Shown: positions 1 through 6,952 of the stretch, piece by piece
Position numbering within the stretch: position 1 is the stretch's first letter
Layout: the number at the start of each line of letters is the position of its first letter
Virus record (IMG/VR): IMGVR_UViG_3300042366_000602
Coordinates: 1-27,972 of that record
Length of the DNA: 27,972 bases
From: a virus
Taxonomy: Duplodnaviria; Caudoviricetes
Reading direction: 5' to 3' (one strand)
Notes under the pieces: model-generated
Told to the model about the DNA's origin: nothing
Databases searched by the model: none
Seen by the model: only the letters and a program-made list of their open reading frames with translations
Program-made: the position numbers and the translations under genes

Positions 1-1
1 A

Positions 2-628
2 ACGGGCGCTTTGTTATCATGCGACACTGATGATAGATTTTATGACAAGTGGCAGCTATATCTAACGGGAAGCAACAACTTCAGAAAACAAGTATCTGCT
101 GAATACAAAGCGAATAGAACAGCGCCAAAGCCTGAGCATCTGCCAGCAGCACGACAGCATCTGATTGAACAATGGGGTGCTGTAGTTGCTGAAGGACAAG
201 AAGCTGATGATGCCATTGCCATTGAAGCTACAAAGCTTAATGGAGATTTTGTCATCATCAGCATCGACAAAGACTTCAAGCAGATACCGGGCTATCATTA
301 CAACTTCGTCAAGCGTGAACACTTCTTCGTCACTCCTGAAGAAGGACTTCGATTTCTGTACATGCAGATATTGATGGGCGATACAGCAGACAATGTCATT
401 GGTTTGAAAGGCATCGGTCCTAAGAAAGCTGAAGCTGCGTTGGCTGAATGCACGACGGAACAGGAAATGGCTGACGTCTGTTACGAAATGTATGCAGATG
501 TTGACAAAGTCCGACAAAATGGAACATTGCTCTATCTTCGTAGAAAGGAAAACGAACTGTGGACACCACCTACCCCGTCCAAGAAGGACGAAAGTTTGAC
601 AAAGGAAAGCCCCGCTACGGACTCCTAA
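2..628 (+). CDS. 5'-3' exonuclease (T7 gp6/PolA 5'-nuclease/FEN-like), 5'-truncated by window edge
   Basis: Frame is open from base 2. Motifs NFRK..YKANR, EADDAIA, SIDKDFKQIPG and MGDTADNVIGLKGIGPKKA (H3TH). Confidence 0.93.
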   Translation, partial: TGALLSCDTDDRFYDKWQLYLTGSNNFRKQVSAEYKANRTAPKPEHLPAARQHLIEQWGAVVAEGQEADDAIAIEATKLNGDFVIISIDKDFKQIPGYHYNFVKREHFFVTPEEGLRFLYMQILMGDTADNVIGLKGIGPKKAEAALAECTTEQEMADVCYEMYADVDKVRQNGTLLYLRRKENELWTPPTPSKKDESLTKESPATDS

Positions 629-873
629 AGCCTGAAGCGCTAGAAGAAGTGGTGAAGGTGTTGACATATGGTGCAGAGAAATACAGCCCTGACAATTGGA
701 AGCATGTGGAAAACATGCATGAGCGATATTTCGATGCTTCGCAGCGTCATACGTGGGCACATTGGCGCGGAGAACTTCGCGATGAAGAGACAGGGTATTA
801 CCATCTAGCACATGCTATTTGTAACCTGATGTTTCTGTTGCAATCTGAACTTGATGCCGACGTCCCCTTCTAG
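559..873 (+). CDS. dATP/dGTP diphosphohydrolase N-terminal domain protein (DUF5664-like)
   Basis: GRKFDKGKPRYGLL..EVVKVLTYGAEKY..DNWK..YFDA..RH..GE.RDEETG..HLAHAICNLMFL pattern. GTG start preceded by AAGGA; overlaps the exonuclease end by 70 nt. Confidence 0.85.
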   Translation: MDTTYPVQEGRKFDKGKPRYGLLKPEALEEVVKVLTYGAEKYSPDNWKHVENMHERYFDASQRHTWAHWRGELRDEETGYYHLAHAICNLMFLLQSELDADVPF

Positions 874-1255
874 GTCTCGTAATGGTGGTTTGTGGACGGA
901 AGCGAAGTTTCGCAGCTTTGTTGTCAGTACGTTACGTGCTGGTTCCCGTCGCTGGCCTGTTAAGTGGGCAGTGTTGAAAGCTGCTCTCGTTGGCAGGTCT
1001 GTTAACACGAAGACAGGGAAGTTTGCACAGCACTATCGATGCACTCATTGCCGTGCTAATTTCCCTGCTACCAGTGTGGTTGTTGATCACATCCATCCTG
1101 TAGTGGATACAATGAAGGGGTTCACTACATGGGACGAATACATCGAACGCATGTTTGTTGAAGCAGAAGGGTTGCAAGTTTTGTGCAAAAGCTGTCATAA
1201 AGAAAAGACGGCAACAGAAAGAAAGGAACGGAAAAATGTACGAACTAAAAATTGA
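854..1255 (+). CDS. HNH endonuclease with CxxC...CxxCH zinc ligands
   Basis: CTHC...VVVDHIHPVV...LQVLCKSCHKEKT. ATG at 854 preferred over TTG at 851. Confidence 0.85.
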   Translation: MPTSPSRSRNGGLWTEAKFRSFVVSTLRAGSRRWPVKWAVLKAALVGRSVNTKTGKFAQHYRCTHCRANFPATSVVVDHIHPVVDTMKGFTTWDEYIERMFVEAEGLQVLCKSCHKEKTATERKERKNVRTKN

Positions 1256-1499
1256 TGAAGATGTGTTTCAAACTCTTGTTCTCAACTATTTGAAAGATAG
1301 TTTGTCAACGGTGATGCAGGAAAATGAGTATATGACTCACCCTGAAGACAGGGCATATAACACGCATCTACTGCCAGCGTTGCTCACTGTCATCAAATAC
1401 TTCAGTATTCCTGATCAGTATGATGAGTATGTTTATCAGGTGTTTGGGAGCGACGACGACAGTCAGTTGTCGTTTAACTTCGGAGGAACCGACGAATGA
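1236..1499 (+). CDS. hypothetical phage protein (87 aa, acidic)
   Basis: ATG at 1236 with AAGGA upstream. Overlaps the HNH end and is coupled to the next gene by ATGA. Confidence 0.7.
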   Translation: MYELKIDEDVFQTLVLNYLKDSLSTVMQENEYMTHPEDRAYNTHLLPALLTVIKYFSIPDQYDEYVYQVFGSDDDSQLSFNFGGTDE

Positions 1500-1687
1500 A
1501 TATTCAACTCGTTAAAGAATACGAAGACGGTAGCGCCACCTACACCTTCGACATGAATGATGAAGAACGTGATAGTCTGATGAGGTTTGCCATCATCGAA
1601 GCCCTGAAGAAGGGCATTGAAGAAGGTAAGAAGTACACACCACCAGAAAGCGAAGATGAAAGTAACGACGGTTTGGAAAACACCTGA
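1496..1687 (+). CDS. hypothetical phage protein (63 aa)
   Basis: GGAGG SD upstream, ATGA overlap with previous stop, fills the gap before thyX. Confidence 0.75.
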   Translation: MNIQLVKEYEDGSATYTFDMNDEERDSLMRFAIIEALKKGIEEGKKYTPPESEDESNDGLENT

Positions 1688-2282
1688 CGGTGAACGTCTC
1701 ATCGCGTACATGGCGCGAGTGTCAAATCCTGCAAATCAAGCCAATGAAAAGTATGTGCCGCTGATCAAGTATTTGATCAAGCACAAGCATTGGTCACCGT
1801 TTGAAATGGTGAACGTTTGCATGGAAATTGAATGCACTCGCGACATTGCGCGACAAATCCTGCGACATCGAAGCTTTTCGTTTCAGGAGTTCAGTCAACG
1901 CTACGCTGTAGCCGATGGTTATGAATTGTCAGAGGTGAGGCTGCAAGACGAAAAGAATCGTCAGAACAGCATTCCTGTACAGGATAGGGAGATGATGCGA
2001 TTTTGGCAGGAGCAACAACAAGCTGTGTTGAAAGCTGCAACTGTCGCATACGAAAACTCTCTCAATGCTGGTGTCGCAAGAGAGGTTGCACGTAAGGTGT
2101 TGCCTGAAGGGTTGACAACAAGTAGGATGTATATGAACGGAACGCTGCGTAGTTGGCTGCATTACGTTGACATTCGAACTGGTGTTGAGACTCAGAAGGA
2201 ACATCGCGACATTGCTCTTGAATGCGAGAAGCAACTACGTCTACATTTTCCTAACGTAATGGAAGCATACGACAATCGATAA
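1656..2282 (+). CDS. thyX: flavin-dependent thymidylate synthase
   Basis: ThyX signature RHRSFSFQEFSQRY, plus HWSPFE and ARKVLPEG. ATG at 1656. Confidence 0.97.
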   Translation: MKVTTVWKTPDGERLIAYMARVSNPANQANEKYVPLIKYLIKHKHWSPFEMVNVCMEIECTRDIARQILRHRSFSFQEFSQRYAVADGYELSEVRLQDEKNRQNSIPVQDREMMRFWQEQQQAVLKAATVAYENSLNAGVAREVARKVLPEGLTTSRMYMNGTLRSWLHYVDIRTGVETQKEHRDIALECEKQLRLHFPNVMEAYDNR

Positions 2283-2304
2283 TATCTGCTAACACAGACA
2301 TTTT

Positions 2305-2313
2305 TGCTATAAC
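2305..2313 (+). promoter_or_regulatory. candidate extended -10 promoter element (TGcTATAAC)
   Basis: TGnTATAAC in the thyX-nrdJ intergenic region; the same motif recurs at 4293-4301. No good -35 hexamer. Confidence 0.4.
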
Positions 2314-2322
2314 GTCCGTCCC

Positions 2323-2348
2323 CAGCGCCGACCATCGCGTCGGCGTTG
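2323..2348 (+). promoter_or_regulatory. stem-loop in the nrdJ leader
   Basis: CAGCGCCGAC-catcgc-GTCGGCGTTG forms a 10-bp stem with one G-U pair. There is no U-tract. It lies upstream of the AAGGA SD. Confidence 0.55.
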
Positions 2349-2367
2349 TCATCTCACAAAGGAAAAC

Positions 2368-4284
2368 ATGGAAAACATCAGCACCCCTTGGTCTACTGTA
2401 GGCTACCTCACCTACAAGCGCACGTATTCGCGCCGCCTAAACGAGCAAGACATCAACTCCCCCACCGAAGAATTCGATGACACTGTCAACCGCATTGTTA
2501 AAGCTGCAACTAAACAACTAGGTTGCAACTTCACTGCAGACGAAGAACAACGTCTGCGTAAGTATCTTCTACAGTTGAAAGGCACTGTTGCCGGTCGCTT
2601 CCTTTGGCAACTCGGCACAGACACTGTCAACCGACTCGGGCTTGCATCGCTACAAAACTGTGCCTTCACTGTCGTTGACAAGCCTGTAGAGCCGTTTACG
2701 TGGGCTATGGACTTGCTGATGCTGGGTAGCGGTGTTGGCTACAACATCCAGCGCTCCAACGTTGACAAGCTGCCTCCTGTGAAAGAAGACTTCAAGGTGC
2801 CGACACGTGTTGACAGCGCTGATGCCGACTTCATCGTCCCTGACAGCCGCGAAGGCTGGGTGGCATTGCTCGGCAAGACGCTTAAAGCAGCCTTCCTTGC
2901 CCACGAAAGCGGCAAACAAACCTTCACCTACTCCACGCAGCTTATTCGCTCTAAGGGCGCTCCTATCAAGGGCTTTGGTGGCACTGCCAGCGGTCCTGAA
3001 GACTTGGTGTGGGGCATCACCGAGATTGGTAAGATTCTTGAGAAGCGTGCTGGCAAGAAGCTGCGTCCCGTTGATGCTCTCGACGTCATGAATATTATCG
3101 GCGCTGTCGTTGTTGCTGGGAATGTTCGTCGCTCTGCACAGATTGCCATTGGTGATCCTGACGATGTCGAATATCTGCTGGCAAAGCGTTGGGACATGGG
3201 CAACATCCCGTCATGGCGGGCTATGTCGAACAACAGCGTTGTCTGCGATGATGTGACCGACCTTCACGAATTCTTCTGGGATGGCTATGAAGGCAAGGGT
3301 GAGCCTTATGGTCTCATCAATTTGAAGCTGTCTCGCAAGATTGGATTGCTTGGTGACACTCGCTATCCCGACAAGGATGTGCAAGGATATAATCCATGCG
3401 CCGAGCAAAGCCTTGCTGACAAGGAAACGTGCTGCCTTGCAGAAATCTTCCTGCCCAATGTTGAGTCATATGAAGAATTCATCGACATTGCAAAGCTGCT
3501 CTATCGCATCAACAAGCATTCGCTGGCGTTGCCTTGCCATCTGAAGTCAACGGAAGAGATTGTTCACAAGAACATGCGTATGGGCATCGGAATCACTGGT
3601 GTCATGCAATGCACTGACGAACAGAAGAGTTGGCTGCGTAAGGCGTATGAAGAGCTTCGTGCATTTGATAAGCAATATAGCGAAGACAATAATTTCCCGA
3701 CGTCTGTGAAGCTGACAACGGTGAAGCCTTCCGGTACGCTGTCGCTGCTGCCCGGTGTCACTCCCGGTTGCCATCCTGCGTATGCTCGTTACATGATTAG
3801 ACGTATCCGCATCAGCAGCAACCATCCGCTGGTGCAAGTGTGTCGCGATCATGGCTATCACGTTGAGTATCAGCAGAACTTCGACGGCAGCGAAGATCGC
3901 AGCACGGTGGTGGTGTCGTTCCCGTTCCGTCATCCCGACAATGCTGTGCTGGCTAAGGACATGACAGCGCTGGATCAGCTTGAGACGATTAAGTGGTTGC
4001 AGGAAAACTGGAGTGATAACAGCGTTAGCTGCACCGTCTACTATCGAAAAGAAGAGCTTCCTGAGATTCGTAAATACTTGAAGAAGTATTACAAGAATGC
4101 TCATAAGAGCCTGTCATTTTTGCTGCACAGCGAACATGGCTTTAAGCAGGCTCCGCTGGAAGAAATCACACAAGAGCAGTATGAGGCATTGGTCGCATCG
4201 ACAAGGCTCATCTCTCACGTTGATGAAGCCAACATCGGTTTGGACGATGCTGATTGCGCCAGCGGTGCATGTCCAATTCGGTAA
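2368..4284 (+). CDS. nrdJ: class II adenosylcobalamin-dependent ribonucleotide reductase (monomeric RTPR-like)
   Basis: YKRTYSR, AGRFLWQLGT, GNVRRSA, NPCAEQSL, TVKPSGTLSLL and C-terminal CASGACPIR. No adjacent NrdB subunit. Confidence 0.93.
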   Translation: MENISTPWSTVGYLTYKRTYSRRLNEQDINSPTEEFDDTVNRIVKAATKQLGCNFTADEEQRLRKYLLQLKGTVAGRFLWQLGTDTVNRLGLASLQNCAFTVVDKPVEPFTWAMDLLMLGSGVGYNIQRSNVDKLPPVKEDFKVPTRVDSADADFIVPDSREGWVALLGKTLKAAFLAHESGKQTFTYSTQLIRSKGAPIKGFGGTASGPEDLVWGITEIGKILEKRAGKKLRPVDALDVMNIIGAVVVAGNVRRSAQIAIGDPDDVEYLLAKRWDMGNIPSWRAMSNNSVVCDDVTDLHEFFWDGYEGKGEPYGLINLKLSRKIGLLGDTRYPDKDVQGYNPCAEQSLADKETCCLAEIFLPNVESYEEFIDIAKLLYRINKHSLALPCHLKSTEEIVHKNMRMGIGITGVMQCTDEQKSWLRKAYEELRAFDKQYSEDNNFPTSVKLTTVKPSGTLSLLPGVTPGCHPAYARYMIRRIRISSNHPLVQVCRDHGYHVEYQQNFDGSEDRSTVVVSFPFRHPDNAVLAKDMTALDQLETIKWLQENWSDNSVSCTVYYRKEELPEIRKYLKKYYKNAHKSLSFLLHSEHGFKQAPLEEITQEQYEALVASTRLISHVDEANIGLDDADCASGACPIR

Positions 4285-4292
4285 TACGTCAG

Positions 4293-4301
4293 TGATATAA
4301 C
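4293..4301 (+). promoter_or_regulatory. candidate extended -10 promoter element (TGaTATAAC)
   Basis: Same motif as 2305-2313, located immediately before the terminator hairpin. Confidence 0.35.
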
Positions 4302-4303
4302 AG

Positions 4304-4334
4304 AGCCGTCGCAGGGAAACCTCGACGGCTTTTT
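4304..4334 (+). terminator. Rho-independent terminator after nrdJ
   Basis: AGCCGTCG(c)AGG-GAAA-CCTCGACGGCT followed by TTTT; GNRA loop and one bulge. Confidence 0.8.
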
Positions 4335-4345
4335 AGGAAGATGAT

Positions 4346-4546
4346 ATGGATATTCTTGTTCGCCCACGTTTTGGTTTTGGTATTGACATTGAACATAACG
4401 AAGATATTTGCTATCGTGCTGGAGAGACTAGCGAAGAAGACAAGAACACAATATTGTTGTGCTATGTAGGACTTCTTATTAAGATTCCATTCTTCACCAT
4501 CTATCTCGGTGAGTTCTTTGAACGAGCCAAACTCAATGACGATTGA
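4346..4546 (+). CDS. hypothetical phage protein (66 aa)
   Basis: AGGA SD upstream of the ATG; overlaps the start of the next gene. Confidence 0.7.
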   Translation: MDILVRPRFGFGIDIEHNEDICYRAGETSEEDKNTILLCYVGLLIKIPFFTIYLGEFFERAKLNDD

Positions 4547-5027
4547 AGTCAATATAACAAATGTAATGGTGAATAGAGCTAGAAAAAAAGTAAAGGAGAT
4601 GGGAACGCTCAAGAACAGCATCACAAATGGAATGGGCAATCTCGTTGGCTTTATTGGTGAGGAAGTGGCAATGTATGTGCTTAAGAAGCAATCATTCAAT
4701 GCTATTCATGTAAACACATTTGACTATGACATCCTTGCCAATGGGATAAGGATAGACGTCAAATCAAAGTCAACGTCTGTACCACCCCTGCCGCACTACA
4801 GCAACAGCGTTGCCAACTTCAACACCACTCAAGACTGTGACGTCTATGCGTTTGTACGTGTCAAAAAAGATTTGACTACAGCATGGTGGTGTGGTGTAAT
4901 CGACAAAGATCGATTCTTCAAAGACGCTGTGTTTATGAAGAAAGGTCAATTGGATGCTGATAACAAATACGTTATCAAAGCAGACTGTTACAACCTTCCA
5001 ATTTCACAGTTGAGGGAAATGATATGA
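4536..5027 (+). CDS. putative PD-(D/E)xK restriction-endonuclease-fold protein
   Basis: GFIGEEVA helix, then FDYDIL and RIDVKSK, then DVYAFVRV. ATG at 4536. Confidence 0.6.
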   Translation: MTIEVNITNVMVNRARKKVKEMGTLKNSITNGMGNLVGFIGEEVAMYVLKKQSFNAIHVNTFDYDILANGIRIDVKSKSTSVPPLPHYSNSVANFNTTQDCDVYAFVRVKKDLTTAWWCGVIDKDRFFKDAVFMKKGQLDADNKYVIKADCYNLPISQLREMI

Positions 5028-5224
5028 AATTATATTTCGACAAAGACCACTTCATCTCGAAAGAGTCGATGTTCGCGTTTCAAGAAGGCTACTACGCTTT
5101 CTCTCGCGGCTGGATTGCCAGCAAGTACAACATCGACAGCTTGAAAGGGAAGGAGTGGCAGCGTGGTTTCAATTGCGCCTACTTCGACAACATCTATCGC
5201 ATTCAGCAGAATAAGCCGCGATAG
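5024..5224 (+). CDS. small protein resembling the ribosome modulation factor (Rmf/CrpP) fold
   Basis: AFQEGYYAFSRG...KY...EWQRGFNCAY resembles the RMF pattern A.q.GY.A...G...PY...W..GW. ATGA-coupled to the previous gene. Confidence 0.5.
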   Translation: MKLYFDKDHFISKESMFAFQEGYYAFSRGWIASKYNIDSLKGKEWQRGFNCAYFDNIYRIQQNKPR

Positions 5225-5255
5225 TTATTTGCGGCTTACTAAGCCGCCTTTGTTA
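5212..5255. terminator. candidate bidirectional terminator formed by overlapping inverted repeats at the arm junction
   Basis: TAAGCCGCGA/TTGCGGCTTA (5212-5238) and GCGGCTT/AAGCCGC (5231-5247, followed by CTTTGTT) straddle the abutting stop codons. Confidence 0.5.
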
Positions 5256-6952
5256 AATTTGTCGGTGAGAGCAACGACCTTGCCAGCAGCCTTCGTATCG
5301 GTGTCGGTTACGTTGACAAGATTGTATAGCTGCTGCAGATTGTCAGCTTTTTCTGTAGCGTTGTTCTGTCGCAACACATCTGCTGCCCGCTTAAACACTG
5401 GTGCCTTAAACTCCAACTGAGCAATGGCACTACCATAGCTGTGACCCATACCCGTCTTCGTTGTCGTAAGCTTGCCTATGTTGGAGATGGCATACAGATA
5501 TTCTTTAGCGTTGCGATAGGTGTCTAGCGCTTGCTTCTGAGTCATTGTGTCTTTAGTGTCAGAAACAATCTTGTTGAGATTTTCACCAGCTTGTTTCTGA
5601 CGCTTTCTATATTTCTCATATTGAGGAATCTTCTCAGCAATCTCCATCTGCGTCTGAACATCAGAGCGCCTACGCATCTTGTCCATCTCTGGCATCGCAG
5701 ACTCTGTTTCATACATGTCTGCTCTCGGAAGATTTAACGGACGAGCCCTACCGGGAACACCAGTGATTGATCTGGCAATGGTGTTGAGGTCTTTATTCGC
5801 ATATTGATCTGTTGACATGTTGACACGTGAGAACACGTAGTCAGCATATGGCATCTCATATGAGACAAACTTTTCAGGGTCTTTTCCACCGAATCTGGTG
5901 CTGGTAAAGTTTAGATTGACATCACTTGTCAACGACGGAGCACCAACATTAAGCTCATCGTGCTGACTTGTAAATGTCGAAGGTCTAGCAAAGCCAGATT
6001 GTTTGATTGCCTCAATGTTCGACTTTACGTTGCCGTGATATAGCACCTTGGCAGGAACGTTAGCATGCTTCCGACGAAGGCTGTCTAGTTCCTCTTGCTT
6101 TGCCTGCAAAGTCTTCATAAGCAATCGCTTATCTTTACGTGTGCTTAGATCAGCTTCTCTGCCATACTTGCCTCTGAAGTCTCCTTGAGCAACACCAATG
6201 ACAACATCGTCAAAGTTCTCAGTATCTGGCATGCGTTTAATACGCGAATAGTTGTATTCCCGATATTTGCGAATGTCTTCAAGAACAGCATTGCGCTGCC
6301 TTGTCCTGATGAAGCTCTTTAAGTCGCCACTAAGAAACTCAGAGGCAACTTGAGGCTCAGGAACATCTTCAACGTCCACCATCGGCTTTGCTTTGAAGTC
6401 AGCACCAACCTCTTCAGACGGAACATAGTCCTTCGGCTTATACGGCAACGGAGGCTGTTCTTTGTAGGGAATGCCCTTGAGCCATGCTGCTGTGCTTTGA
6501 AGCTCATTAGCAAAGGCTTCTTCGTCAAGCTTCTTCGCGTTGAAGACGTTGGCAGTGCTGTTGTCCTTCAAATAAGCTTCAGCAGCAGCGTAGTCTTCGT
6601 CGCTGAAAGCTTTGTTGGGGAAGTTGTATTTAGGCTCTGGCGCTGCCAACATCTCATCAGTCTGTGCAGCAACATTGCTTTCCTTAGCCATGCGCTCAGA
6701 CAACGACAGCACAACAGGCTCATCGGCAGCAGCCTCTACAGGCTCGTCAGCAAGCGTTGACGTAGGTGGGCTAGGCTCTGCTGCTTTCACAGCCTTAGAA
6801 GCCTTTTTAGGGGCTACCAGAGCCTTCTTAACCGGGGCTGCCGGTGCAGCTTCCTCTGCCATCTGCTCTGACAGAGACAACACCACCTTCGGTGCAGCCT
6901 TTGTCAGAGCTTTGCTGGCTACTTTGCTGGTGAGTTTGTTGATCAAGCCCAT
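5225..6952 (-). CDS. probable internal virion/ejected protein with ADP-ribosyltransferase-like domain
   Basis: 575-aa ORF, last gene of the virion arm. Ala/Pro/Lys-rich N-terminus; VLYHG..I...GF, SLTS and YETE motifs; C-terminal FNKGGLVSRK. Confidence 0.55.
   Translation of the reverse strand: MGLINKLTSKVASKALTKAAPKVVLSLSEQMAEEAAPAAPVKKALVAPKKASKAVKAAEPSPPTSTLADEPVEAAADEPVVLSLSERMAKESNVAAQTDEMLAAPEPKYNFPNKAFSDEDYAAAEAYLKDNSTANVFNAKKLDEEAFANELQSTAAWLKGIPYKEQPPLPYKPKDYVPSEEVGADFKAKPMVDVEDVPEPQVASEFLSGDLKSFIRTRQRNAVLEDIRKYREYNYSRIKRMPDTENFDDVVIGVAQGDFRGKYGREADLSTRKDKRLLMKTLQAKQEELDSLRRKHANVPAKVLYHGNVKSNIEAIKQSGFARPSTFTSQHDELNVGAPSLTSDVNLNFTSTRFGGKDPEKFVSYEMPYADYVFSRVNMSTDQYANKDLNTIARSITGVPGRARPLNLPRADMYETESAMPEMDKMRRRSDVQTQMEIAEKIPQYEKYRKRQKQAGENLNKIVSDTKDTMTQKQALDTYRNAKEYLYAISNIGKLTTTKTGMGHSYGSAIAQLEFKAPVFKRAADVLRQNNATEKADNLQQLYNLVNVTDTDTKAAGKVVALTDKFNKGGLVSRK

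Noticed and set aside
559-628. 70-nt overlap suggesting a frameshift or fusion
   Set aside because: Both genes look complete and the downstream GTG has its own SD; ordinary phage compaction.
62-811. 249-aa minus-strand ORF
   Set aside because: Antisense shadow of the exonuclease and DUF5664 genes; no recognisable motifs.
2283-2367. Cobalamin riboswitch or NrdR box upstream of nrdJ
   Set aside because: Only 85 nt, with no B12-box elements or NrdR-like palindrome visible.
4311-4320. AGGGAA resembling a B12-element motif
   Set aside because: It is the top of the terminator hairpin and lies downstream of nrdJ.
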